This document shows, piece by piece, positions 25,271-37,370 of a stretch of DNA of 64,000 nucleotides. Below the pieces are notes generated by a model. It was given only the letters and a program-made list of their open reading frames with translations. It ran no database searches and was not told the DNA's origin. Location: the NCBI RefSeq assembly GCF_009834535.1, contig NC_045697.1:14014001-14078000 (forward strand). The letters run 5' to 3'. The translations under genes were made by a program, and so were the position numbers. This stretch comes from Camelus ferus. Taxonomy: Eukaryota. The first letter of the stretch is position 1; every line of letters begins with the position of its first letter.

Positions 25271-25312
<42 letters not shown>
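25271..25312. repeat. (TA)7(TG)14 compound microsatellite
   Basis: Read directly from sequence. Confidence 0.95.
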
Positions 25313-25315
<3 letters not shown>

Positions 25316-25464
25316 TTTTTAAGGATGGGGTACTAGTTTCTGTTGTATCTTAGCAAACTCTTAAGTGTAATAAGGAAATTTTCTAAGATATGATTTAAAT
25401 CTACTCTACATTAAAGCCTGAGACGTTTTCTAGAACACCAGTTTAATTAGCTGCTTAACCTGAG

Positions 25465-25790
25465 GTAGAGGCAGAACAGCACATGATTACAGACTCTGGC
25501 TTGGGAACAAGACAGCCTTGATTCAAAATTCTCCTCCGTCCCTCACTAGCTCTGTGACCCTGGGCAAACAGCTTAATTCTCTGAATCATATAAGGTTAAC
25601 TTACTAGGCATAACGAGAGTTCATAGAAGGGAAGCTCTTGGAAGAGTGCCTAGCACACCAGCACATAAGAATTGCTCAGTGGGTGTTATTGGTTATTATG
25701 TATGTTTCTTGACAATCTAGCACAAAACCTAGAGTGTCATGTACTCAGTAAGAAATTCTTAAGTGAATTGTTTAATGAGTGAATGGACAA
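25465..25790 (+). mobile_element. MIR followed by L2 3' end
   Basis: ctcactagctctgtgaccctgggcaaacagcttaattctctga; tactcagtaag...aatgagtgaatgga. Confidence 0.7.
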
Positions 25791-27209
25791 GAGGAAATGT
25801 TGTCCAGAAAACTTAGAATCATTATAAACCCATGTCTGTCCTATACTTTTAAACAAAACAGCATGTTTCTCTATAGTTATAAAATTATAGCCAAGCATGA
25901 GAAAGGTTCTGATGAGCTTAAAAATCTGTATTTAGATAATGGAGCCCTATTATTCCGAAATCATTACTGTTTTTTTCTAAAAAATCTGAGCGTTGTTTGC
26001 AGCATTCTTGGAGTCTGGATGACTAGAAAAAGAATTTAAAGAATTCATGTTAATAAAATACTATGAAAACCTTGTAAGGATTTTTCAAAAATGTGCCTTA
26101 CAACCTTTATAAAGAAGAGCTCGTTTGTATATAGTTCCCTGATGTCTGAAATGGACAGGCGGGGTGCGGAGGGGTTCAGGGGGTTGGAGCAGAGGGAGAT
26201 ACTTCATGGACTGAGTTCCTTATGTTCTGCACCAGATGCAATGAGTATTCTGAACAAAACAAACAAAAAAACTAAAGCATGGTCCCTACTCCCCACAGAG
26301 GTATAATCAATTTACTTGCGTAGACAGTTGTAACACATGATAACTAGAATTACATACATCTATACATGTACTATTCATATATGGATGATATATAATAGCA
26401 TATACAGCAATACATAGTACATAAATATACCACCTACTACGTATAAAATCAAGTACTTTGTAATAAAGTAATAGTCTATGTTTTAGGAGTTTAAGAAAGT
26501 AAGAAAATTTCCTTCCAGGGCTTAGAGTGTTCTGCTTCTCTTTGAGAGAGATTTATGTGAAACTGTCGGAGTGAGGGAATTGTCTTAATCATTTTTCTAG
26601 AACTCTCAGAAAGTTCTGAAGTCTATGAAAAAGGTGAAAATATAAAATTTTCATTATGGGAGTTGGGTTATTTTGTATTATACTAAGGAATATGAGCAAG
26701 ACAGATACATCATTGCTAATGATATATGTACTTTTATTTAGCAATCACAATGTTTTGGTAGCATTGAAGGTTTTTTGTTATTTTCCCGCATGATTGTTAC
26801 TTAAATGGTAAGATGTGTGGAAATGCAAAGCAATGTGCCTGCCATATAATTTTCTTTGTGCTTGTCTGTCTGTTTGGCCTTCCTTCACTTCTTTTTTTAA
26901 TTAATCTGTGGTTATCAACAAGAAAGCATTGAGACTACTGTTACTATATTCAACCCAAGTGGAAGATAGTATCGATATATAAGTAGTACCTGGTGGCCAC
27001 AATCAAACTTCTGTAGGATCGGATATTTGGAAACCAACGAACTGTCACGTTATTCCTACCTTTAGCTAATTCTTAAAAATCAGTCTCCACTTGGGTTCTT
27101 TCTTATAAAGGAATATGTTATTATTTACTCTCTCCAATGCATGAATAGTAAAATGATCCAGAAAGTATATTTTCATATGACAGACGAGTGGTTATCATCT
27201 TGGCAAATA

Positions 27210-27375
27210 TTACAGCAGCAGTAATATTCACAAATATGTCATTTGCTCCTCTTGATGCTCTTGCTGTTAGCTGGGCCATGTGACTAGGTCTAGTCAATAG
27301 CATGTGATGTGTGTCACTTTAGGACTGACTCAGCTTTTGTGTGGTAGTGTAGTCTTTCTTCCCTTGCCACAAGGA
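27210..27375 (+). mobile_element. MLT1-type LTR fragment
   Basis: ttgctgttagctgggccatgtgactaggtctagtcaatagcatgtgatgtgtgtcactt. Confidence 0.6.
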
Positions 27376-27377
27376 AG

Positions 27378-28690
27378 TGACAGTCTTTTCAATAAATAGT
27401 CCTAGGTTAGTTGGATTTACAAATGAGAACAACTGTATCTTACCCCTTATCTCAGATAGACACAAAAATTAATTTCATGTAGATTGAAGACTCAACTATG
27501 AAATGCCAAACAGTAATACTTCTTGAAAATGTCATAGAATATTTACAAAATCTTTGGTTAGGCACATTTTTAAAAAATGAGACAGTTAGAGTAGAAACCT
27601 TAAATGAAAAGAATGAGAATTTGACCTCTTTTAAAATTTAAAATATTATCTTCATCAGAGATACTATTTCATAAATAAAATGAGAGAAGTATTTGTAATG
27701 TGTGTAACTACTGAAGGAGCCATTTACAAACTGTATATTTTTTAAAGCTTCTATAAATCAATAAGAAAGAGTCGATAACCCAATAAAACAAAGTGAGGGG
27801 GTGTGGGACAAAAGTCTTAGGCACTTCAAAATGAGAATATACAAATGGCCAATAAACACATTAAAAATGTTCAACATCACTAATAAAAGTGTCATATTCT
27901 TTTTTCTGAAAAAAAGAAATTCAACATCATTGTTCATCAGGACAATGATAATCAAAGCCACAGAAAGATGCCATTACCCATCCAATAACATGGCCATTAA
28001 AAACAAACCAAAAAACTTAACACCAAGTGTTGGCAAGGACTGTAGAACTACTGAAACTCTCAAAAATTGCCATTTGGGACATAAATGGACACAACCAGTT
28101 TGGAAAACCGTTTTGTTATGGCCACTAAAACTAAATGTATTCATTCCTTATGGTCCAAAATTTCCACTTCTAGGTATATACTCAACAGATAAATATATAG
28201 ATTTGTATTTTTTAAAATGTGTTCCAAAATGTCCATAAGAGCAGTATTTTTAAAACCTCCAATGGAAACAACCTAAATCTTCATCAACAGTGGAACACAA
28301 AAAATAAATTGGAGAATATTCATGACATGGATATGAACACAGCATGCAATGAAAATAAGCCATGACTACTTACAACAACGTGGACGCTTACAAACATAAT
28401 GTTGAGCCGAAAATGCCAGGTGCAAAAGGTATAGACTGCATGACTTCTTTTCTAAAAATCTGATTTATGTAAAGTCTAAAAATAGACAAAACTAACCTGC
28501 TGTAAAAAGAATCAACACTGCGTTTCCCTTTAGGGAAATAAATGACCGAGAAGAGTCATGGGGGAGGGGGTTACTGTTAATGTTTTGTTTTCTTACTGTT
28601 CTTACATGAGTGTATTTATTTTGTTAAACTTCATCGAGCTGTTTTCTTATGACTCATGCACTTTTAATTGTATGTTATAGCACTAACAAA
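27378..28690 (+). mobile_element. Old L1 (L1ME-like) ORF2 3' part and 3' UTR
   Basis: cagtcttttcaataaatagt, acaaatggccaataaacaca, caccaagtgttggcaaggac, acaaccagtttggaaaac, acaaacataatgttgagc. Confidence 0.85.
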
Positions 28691-30719
28691 ATTCAACACC
28701 GAACCCGGAAGCAACTTACTATAGAAAAGGCTGCTTTGATAATTACACTAGTAACGTCTCCACTCCTCTCGAATCGGCCGAGTCTCATTACTTTTAGTCA
28801 GGCTTTTGTGTGGTCTAAATCTGGTTCAGATGTGCACTGCTTCTATTCCCAGGATGCCGATGCCTCTAAACCTACAGGATTCCTGCCCCAGGATTTCAAA
28901 AGGATCCAGTGTATTACGTGAATGCTAGCAGCTTCTTTCGTGATGAGAGAGGTTTATAAAAGCACACACTGTCAGACTATCTTCCAGATACTAAATTTTA
29001 ACTCCTAGTGCCTACTCTTCCCCCTCAATATCTATTCTAGGTTAGAGTTTTGTCTTTAGGAAAAACAAAAGAAGGGATTGGTATGGAAGAAAATCAATGG
29101 ACAGACATACCTAGATATGTTACCAGAATCACCAGTCAGTGTAATCTGGGTCAAAATACTTATTTCAAGTTGTGAAGGACAAAACTGGACTAAAAATATT
29201 CTAGAAATATCTGCCAATTATTATTTCTTTCCAGTTTTAACTAAATAATGTCTATCCTTTCACTGGTCCTGCCATCTTCTCAACTATTCTAATTCAGCAT
29301 TCCGACTTGGCAGGCAGTAGTGGAGAACTTCAGAATCTCAACGGTTTAGTCCCAAACAAGTCAGCAAAACATCAGGACCCTCAGCTGGCCAGAGCATGAA
29401 ATTATCTTCAGAAGACCAAGTGATTGATGTAATGCAGAATCTCTGCTTGTCCACCTTATTTGAGGAAGCTCAATGGGCAGTGATTTCAGCACAATATAAG
29501 GTGCTCCGTGTTCTCAAGCTTTTGATTGAGTTCTGGATGTGGATGTAGCTGGGGAAAACTAAAAATGTCCTTGCCAAGTTCAAGCTCCTACATTTCCAAG
29601 GAAAAATTAGCATAGTGGAGGGGAGCCAAACACCAGAGATTCTATCTCCTACACTGTGAAAAGCCTGTTCTAGGATCAGAAGCAAAAACAAAGCAAAGCA
29701 CTTTGATTGGCAGTGCGTATGACAGACAAGTCTTTTCAGGCAGATGCTGAGATGGGGCTGCAGATAAAGAAAAGCAGAGGAAATCTGAGAACAGTGGTGA
29801 TCAGCAAGATTTTTCCTTATCTCCACCTGCATCAAAATAGTATGTGATGTTACTCATTTTCTTTAAGCTCATTTGTTCAACAGAGGCTTCTTAAACAGCT
29901 TTTTAGTCTCAGTGATTAGCTTGGGACATGATGTCCAAATGACATGACACCTAGTTCAAGGGACTCACAGCCAAAAAAGGAGAAATAAGTTGGATCGAAA
30001 CAAGTTACTACACTATAATGTAATAAAAAAGAAATGTACAAAACTAGAGTAAATCCACCAGGAGAATGTAATCCCCAACTCCAAGCTCATGACGAAAACC
30101 ATTTTCGAGCCTCAGTTTTGTATGACTTTCTCTATGCTCAGATCGGAACTTAAGCATTGCTTTGCCCCAAAGCTGCCCTCCACTCCCTTTTCCCCTACAG
30201 GATAAAGCTTCAGTTTACTGACCCTTCTCTGTGCTCAACCAACCTCCCTTTGGTTTATGACATTGCACTTGACTTTTACCATCTTTCTAGTCCTACCAGA
30301 TTATAAATTCCTTTAGGGGAAAAGCCATTCCTCTTTCATTCAGTGTGGAAACCCAGCTTCTGACTGTGAAACTTCATTTCTACTCGTTGGGTCGATGGTG
30401 AGTGAGCCTCAGTCTAGGAAGCCCAGGGGACTTAGCCCGCTTGGTGGAACGTGGAAAGATCAGGAAGAAACAGAGCTTGTATCGCTGCAGCTCATGACAT
30501 CGCTCGAAGTGACCATTTTCTTTTATAAGTTTTTTGTCCTACACAATACCTAATGGAGGAAGAAAGAATACAGTCCAGTATTAAACTTAGAGCTCCTGCG
30601 GCGTCTTAAATTTGGTCTGTGTTCCATGAGAAAATCAGATAAAATGTGTTGACGCTCTTCCATTCCCATCTTTCACATGCACTGGTGCCCATACGTGTTT
30701 GTGTATAATTTCCTAATTA

Positions 30720-30945
30720 ATGATATTAGTAGGCAGCACTTCCTATGCACCTAGCGTATTGCTTCATTTAATCACGGTAACCCATTTATGAGATCAGTCA
30801 GCTTGTCTTCAGTTTGCAGATGAGGACACAGCATTGGAGAAGTTAAGTGACGTGGCAAAAACTTCACAACTTGTAAGGGATGGAGCTGAAATTCAAAGCC
30901 AGACAGTCTGGCTCCTGGGTCCTGCTCACATCCAACATTCTATCC
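30720..30945 (-). mobile_element. MIR
   Basis: tcatttaatcacggtaaccc...tttgcagatgaggacacagcattggagaagttaagtgac...ggagctgaaattcaaagccagacagtctggctcc. Confidence 0.85.
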
Positions 30946-31179
30946 CAACTCTCTAGAAACTTGGTGCATTACATCCTCTCAGGGTCTTTCCAGGAAGTAA
31001 ATAGGCTTATACCCATTTTATAGAACCAAAAAACTTAACGTCAACAAGGTATAATGAATTATAGGTCACTGACATACTAGTTTGTGGTAGATCTTGAATA
31101 TGAACAAGATGGATCTTACTCTAAAAACCATGGCCTTTATACTATGTCTAACTTCAGAGCATCTGTCACATGGTAGGCA

Positions 31180-32335
31180 CCCACTTCTGGAAGGACAAAG
31201 ATGAGAAAATGCAAATGTAGGGTTGTTGGAGCCAGCGTATTTCAGGCTGCCGGGATTTTGTCCATTTCTTGTCAATTTCTGCAAAATCAACAACTAGTAT
31301 TTTGAGAGCAATTGTTTTGAAACTGCAGATCAGTTTGGAGAGTATCTTAATATTAAGTCTTCCAATTTATGAACATAGGATGTTTTTCATTTATTTCCTT
31401 CCTTCTACGTACTGTAGCTGCATCAGATGAGTTTTGTTTACCATGTTGTGATTGCATTTTCATTCATGGAATGAATGAATTATGGCCCTGTGGATTACAA
31501 TTAACATCTTAATTTGGATAAATACCAACTTAATTTTAGTAGTATATAAAACTTTTGTTCTAGTATAGTTTTTCCCCTTTTCATCTCCTTTATGATAATA
31601 CTGTCATATAAATTACATCTGTACACACTGTAGGCCCAAAAAGATAACTTCTAACTCTGGCTTCATGTAATTGTCTTTAAATTAAAGAAGAGTTATAAAA
31701 AAGATACCATTAGACTCTCTTTGATGTTTACCTGTGTAATTACTTTAACAGTGCTCTTTATTTCTTCCTGTGGATTTGAGTTCCTGCTTAGTTTATTTCA
31801 ATCTGAATAACCCCTTACAGTATTTTTTGCAGGGCTAGATATGTTAGCAACAATGCTCCTTTTTCAAAATAAATCTGGGACTGTCTTAACTACTCCATCA
31901 ATTTTTGAAGTTTAGTTTTGCTGAATATAATCTTGGCTGACATTTCTTTTTCTCAGCATTTTGATATGTCATCCCATTGCCGTATAGCCCCCATGGTTTG
32001 ATGACAAACAATCAATCCTGTTGCAGTTCCCTTGTATATGATGACTCACTTTCCTTTCTTGCTGCCTTCATGATTTTCTCTTAACCTTTTTCTTTCAAAG
32101 ATTGGCTAGGATGTATTTAAGTGTGAACCTCTTTGATTTTATCTTTATCGGACTTCATTGAGCTTCTCGGATGTGTTTTGGGTTTTTTTTTTCCCCAAAT
32201 ATTGGAAGTTATCAGTCACTATTTCTTTAAATATTCTCTCTGCCCCTTTCTTTCTCTCCTCTACCTACTGTACTCCCTTAATGTAGGTTTTGATGCATTA
32301 AAGGTCACATGGGTCTCAGAGACTAATTCTGAGTA
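31180..32335 (-). mobile_element. Old L1 fragments (ORF2 piece and ORF1-proximal region)
   Basis: atattaagtcttccaatttatgaacataggatg; tagttttgctgaatataatcttggctgaca; ttgctgccttcatgattttctc; tcagtcactatttctttaaatattctctctgcccc. Confidence 0.75.
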
Positions 32336-33233
32336 AATTTTTTTTGTATTTGAACACCCAGTGTACTTGTGGCATCTAAAGAAGTTCCTATTGATGACCC
32401 AAACTAGATGTAGCTCTATTTTTGTATCACATTTTGGTTGATTATGACATACAGAACTGATCGAGGGTAGATGTAATGAAGTTCAGATACTTTCAGGGAA
32501 GGAATATCTATCTGTAAGTATACAGTGTGGGAGAAATATCTAATTTGAGTTCATGAAAAGTGTAAATATTTAGGGTGCTGGGAAATGCAACTGGTTGGAA
32601 GAAGTGTTTAATCCTAGGAGTGTTTCAGCTGTTATAGTATTAGGTATCATTTTTTGATCACTTACTAAGTTTTAGTCTTTACAAATATTACCACATTTAA
32701 TCATTTACATAGGTATAATTACAGAAGCTTTATGAGTAGGATAAAACTTTTAAAGCAATTTATAAATAAGCCTATTTATCTGAAAGTCCTAACTTACTTT
32801 ACTACATTTACAACTATCACTGTCTCTTGGGGGAGAGCAGGGTCAATGCACTCTTCCCACAAAGCATGAAAGTTTGAACCTTTGTAGTTCATGTGTAGAG
32901 CAATTCTTTATTCCCATTTTACAGATGAGGAAACTAAAGCTCAAAGGGATTAACCACTTTACTCAATGTGATTTTTTTGTTGTATTTGTATATATCAATG
33001 CTGGATGCACTTATATTCAAGAAGGGTAGATTATGAACACTTTGTCAGCAAGGGTCTTATTTATTCAATTCTTATCCTCGACTACAGAGACATAGTATTA
33101 AATTAGTCAATTTTATGTTCTATCCTGGACCTGTTGTTTAGGCACGTGTTCCTTAAGCTCTCCCTTTATGTTCCTAAATCATTAGAAAAAGAAAGGAATA
33201 TGATCGTTATGTGTTAAAAATGTTAGTCTTGAA

Positions 33234-33635
33234 TGTATTATTGTCATTCCTCTGCCAAGACCACCAAAACAGAAAACCATACACTGGGCGACTTAAATAG
33301 CGCACTTATTTTCTAGAAGTCCAAGGTCAAGATGTCAGCAGGGTTGGTTTCTGGTAAGGTCTCTCTCCTTGCCTTGCACACAGCCACCTTCTCTCTGTAT
33401 CATCATATGGCCTTTCCTCTGTGCACCTGGCGGGTGTGGAGGGGAGAGAGAAAGAGAGAAATCTCGTATTTCTTCCACTTCTTACAAGAAACCAGTCCTA
33501 TAGGATTAGGGTCTCACCCTTATGACTTCCTTTAACTTTAATTACCTCCTTCAAGGCCATATAACCAACTATCATCACATTGGGAGTTACAGCTTCAACA
33601 TATGAATTGGGGGAGCCACAGGTCAGTGTATAATA
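33234..33635 (-). mobile_element. MLT1A-like ERVL-MaLR solo LTR
   Basis: agaagtccaaggtcaagatgtcagcagggttggtttctggtaagg; ccaactatcatcacattgggagttacagcttcaacatatgaattgggggag. Confidence 0.85.
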
Positions 33636-33698
33636 ACTTCTTTTTTTAACAGTTCTGAAATACTGAGGAAAATGATTTTTCAAAAATGTTTACAAATA

Positions 33699-33811
33699 GT
33701 GCTCGCTTCAGCAGCACATATACTAAAACTGGAACGATTACAGATACAGAGAAGATTAGCATGGCCCCTGCACAAAGATGACTCACAAATTTGTGAAGTG
33801 TTTCATATTTT
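33699..33811 (+). pseudogene. RNU6 (pseudogene): Full-length U6 snRNA retropseudogene (5' half of a U6-L1 chimera)
   Basis: gtgctcgcttcagcagcacatatactaaaactggaacgat[tacagat]acagagaagattagcatggcccctgcacaaagatgactcacaaatttgtgaagtgtttcatatttt aligns end to end to canonical U6 with 9 substitutions (5 at CpGs) and a 7-nt insertion; no PSE/TATA recognised upstream. Confidence 0.97.
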
Positions 33812-34039
33812 GGGGGGAGTTTTGAGATTTGTAAATGTTAGCCACTATACATAAAAATAGATTTAAAGAACCAAATTTCCTCTGTATAGCACAGGGAATT
33901 ATATTCAATATCTTGTAATAATCTTTAATGACAAAGAATATGAAAACAAATATATTTATGTAGATTCATGACTGGAACATTGTGCTATACACCAGAAACT
34001 GACAATTGTAACTGACTATATACTTCAATTTTTAAAAAA
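33812..34039 (+). mobile_element. L1 3' UTR terminus fused directly to the U6 3' end
   Basis: ggagttttgagattt...ctgtatagcacagggaattatattcaatatcttgtaataa...tacttcaatttttaaaaaa matches the L1 3' ends at 24000-24180 and 56495-56705. Confidence 0.92.
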
Positions 34040-34509
34040 TGAAGTGACTTTTCCCCTTAAAAAAATTTAGAAATGAAGAAAAAAATCATGTCACCTCACC
34101 CCATTTAACTTTTAAAGTTAAAATTAATATTAAAGTATTACCTGTTTTAATAATGCCTTTTCTTGCATGTGTTTTAAAGACTATAAATCTCATTAATCAA
34201 ATTCAACACAAGCTTTAAAGCAATTAAGAAATTTCAGAATGAACAAAATTGTTCTGATAACAATTAGAAAAATATGATTTCTGCTCAATAAGTCTTCCAT
34301 TCAGTTCTTCATTCAATTCACCTAAGACTTATTTGGAAAAATTTTCTTGTTCTGTTAGGGTTAAGTCTGGTATTAGATGTATCTAACCTGCCTTCTGTGT
34401 TCTTGCAGCCATGGGAAATTCCTTCTGGCAGTCATTAAACTTTTATAGAATCTTTTCTTCACTTAAGTGTGACAAGTTTGACTATGACTCCCCGAGCAAG
34501 GGGAAACAA

Positions 34510-34700
34510 AATGGAGCCTTGGGTTCAAATCTGGGCTTTCCTTTTTACTCACCGGTGAGGCATTGAGCAAATTACTTCACCTTGTCCTTCATTACCTTGT
34601 CTTTGGAATCGGGATACTAAGATCCACCATATACGGTGAATGTGGAGGTGAAAAAAGATGACATACATGAGAACCTGTCTCATTGCTTGGTGCCTCATCC
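34510..34700 (+). mobile_element. MIR
   Basis: gggttcaaatctgggctttcc...ttgagcaaattacttcacct. Confidence 0.7.
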
Positions 34701-34799
34701 TAATTTCCTTCACATTTGCTCACTATGTTCCTGTTTGTGAGTAAATTTTCATCTTTGTCCTCTGGCTTTAGAGATCAGACTCCTGCTTCCTCTGCTAAC

Positions 34800-35240
34800 T
34801 TACTTCCTATCACTCTCATCCTCTGTCAGTAACACAAGAGCTGTCTTCTCTCCTGCCCAGCGCGCTCCCACTTAAAGACTTCGCATGTGCGTTTCCGTCT
34901 ATCCTGACTCTTCCTGCTCCAGACATTGGCAGAGCCTTCTCATCCTTTTGGCCTGCACAAAAATCACCACTTCTACGGCCTTGAACCCCACTTGACCTAA
35001 AAACATGCCTTCCTTTCTTTAACATACCTTCCTTCCATCTCTAATCCTAGACACAGTAACTCTTTAACCTCTATCTTGTCAAGTTTCCAGCACTTTTCTC
35101 TGTATGAAATGATCTTAAGTGTCTGTTGAGTCTCTTCCTCACTGGAATGTATGACATTTTCTGTCTTACTCATTATTCTGCACGTAGTAGCGTTTGACAA
35201 TAAATATCTATTGAATTTTATACGAATGGAAGAATTTATA
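34800..35240 (+). mobile_element. L2 3' fragment
   Basis: gacttcgcatgtgcgtttccgtctatcctga; ctcactggaatgtatg; ttgacaataaatatctattgaat. Confidence 0.6.
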
Positions 35241-36152
35241 CATATAAAACCAAGTAAATAACAATTTAAACATCTTTTATTTGACTCGGGAGCATATTTT
35301 ATCCCTTGGACTGTCAAATTAGTTTTAATTCTCTGAAGTCACACATGGTAGATAAAGTGGTCCAGAGAAGTCCCAGGTGACGCTGAAACTGAGACAAGGA
35401 ATCAGAATGTATTGTAGTTAATTTTCAAAGTAGGTAAAACACACATGGTTAGGTAAGATTTATTATCTGCCATCTTACAGGTATATCCATATAAGAAAAT
35501 ATTTTTCTTTGTTCTGTGTTTCTGAAAATTTGGTAATGTAACCTATTGCTGTCATTCTCATTCCAAAAGTCTAGTTATAGTTTGAGGGTAACAATTACAT
35601 CTACCATGGGGTATATTGAATATTTAGTTTCCCTTTGATACAAGATGTCAGATGATCCTTTGACAAACAGTAGTGAAAGCTTCAGGATGATTTCACTGAC
35701 TCAAACCTGATATTATGTTTTACACAAACTAAGACATCAAAGACTTTAAATGCTGGTGAAATTCCTGGGAGAAGTAACTGCCTATTAGTCTTAAGAATCA
35801 CTCCTCTAACTTGTCGCATATTGAAATTTGGTTTTAATTATTCATTTAAGTGATTAAATATTAATAATTAAATGTTAATTTTAAAAGTCACTTTCTCTTG
35901 TTTCTGGCTCAAGTAAAAGGCAAATAACTCACACATACACACACCTGCAGGAATGACATCCAATTAAAAGGGAGAAAACAAGTCTAAGGGGGTGGGAATC
36001 TTCGGCTTCCCAGGACACTAACTATACCCATTAAGCGCCCCCCAAAAAATTTAAAAGTCACCGATCAATGGCATTTCCTCATGAAAAGAATATGAGAGTA
36101 TATTACTTGCCTTTTCCAATAAATGCGTACACGGGCACTCTCTATTTTCATA

Positions 36153-36181
36153 GTTCAGTCGCTTCCCAGTAGATGGCGCCA
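36153..36181 (+). promoter_or_regulatory. CTCF motif (core CCAGTAGATGGCGC at 36166-36179 with possible upstream module)
   Basis: Exact fit to CCASYAGRKGGCRS; TTCAG lies 7 nt upstream where the TGCAG-type upstream motif is expected; outside any repeat I recognise. Confidence 0.6.
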
Positions 36182-37179
36182 TTGTGACTCAGTGTTGCTC
36201 CATCTTGGAAAGGAGGTGTTATGAAACACTTTGAATTTCCAAACATTTGTAAATAGTGAGATATAGTAACACTTGCAGTGTTGCCTTAGAAAACAAATCC
36301 TCCCACAATAAGGAGAAAATAAGTCAACTGTTGAACACCAGTAAATGTCACAAGAACTCCCACTGTGTATGCGTAACTTTTCGTATCTAATGATTTTTGT
36401 CGCTTTAAATTTAAATTTTAAAGACTGTGAATACAAACACGTTCACATATTTAACCTCTTGCTCCTCATAAATTCTGAAACCTTCACAAGAATTTCTGTT
36501 AACTCGTCACATTCTCGCACACGTGATCACATACGCTGCAGCTGTGCCTAGAGCAGAGCATGAGGCTCACTAAAGGTCACACTTTTATCCTAGACGGCCA
36601 GGCTTCTCTCCCTTCTGGTTGATTCAGCTTTGTCCTACCTGTGTGTATACGGATTACCTAGACGCAAGGCGGCTTCTCAACCTACAAATGTGTAAATCTC
36701 TCTGAAAGTTACAAGACGTTACATTTGGTTTTCTGTGCTCTCAGTTCCTATAGTAATATCCAGTCAAACTTTGCTAGTAACTTAAAAGCAATTCCCACAT
36801 TTTAAGGCTTAAAGATTTATGTGCAAGCTTTCTATTTAAAATTGGGAACACGTTTTTCTCTAGCAACGATATTTTAATGATTATTAGGTTGTCTGGGTAA
36901 TCCATAACAACATTTCAAGCTGTGAGCTGATAACTCCTCTGTGACTTTCAGAAAACAGGACACAGTGGTCAGAGCAAGAGGACTGAGGTCTCATAAATGT
37001 CAGTGGTTTCAGTACCTGCCCAGGTAGTTATTAACTCACTATTTGTAATTATTCACTTATATTATTACTTCCTACTGTTGTTAATCATTACTTGCTGGAT
37101 GAATTTTGCCAGGTCACTCAAAGAAACTGAACATTCCCATGGGCTTCAGGGAGTATGTGGCCCCAGTTGTTCCTATGAG

Positions 37180-37370
37180 AAAGGGCTGTGGGATAGGGAT
37201 TCCAGATCCATACATGACTGGTCACAAATCCCAGCTCTTCTCCTTGTTGCCTGTATAACCAAAAGCAGTTGACATAACCTGTCTGAGTCTCAGTGTTCCC
37301 ATCTTCAAAATGGGAAAGGTAGCACCTACCTGGTAAGGTTGATGTAAAAGTAAGGATTAAACAAGATTTG
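37180..37370 (+). mobile_element. MIR
   Basis: caaatcccagctct...acataacctgtctgagtctcagtgttcccatcttcaaaatgggaa...cacctacc. Confidence 0.8.

Noticed and set aside
29320..29548. Open frame on the + strand containing MKLSSEDQVIDVMQNLCLSTLFEEAQW
   Set aside because: No recognisable homology or exon boundaries; length is compatible with chance
33699..33811. Functional U6 snRNA gene
   Set aside because: CpG decay, 7-nt insertion at the ACAGAGA box, no recognisable PSE/TATA (an MLT1A lies upstream) and fusion to L1 indicate a retrocopy
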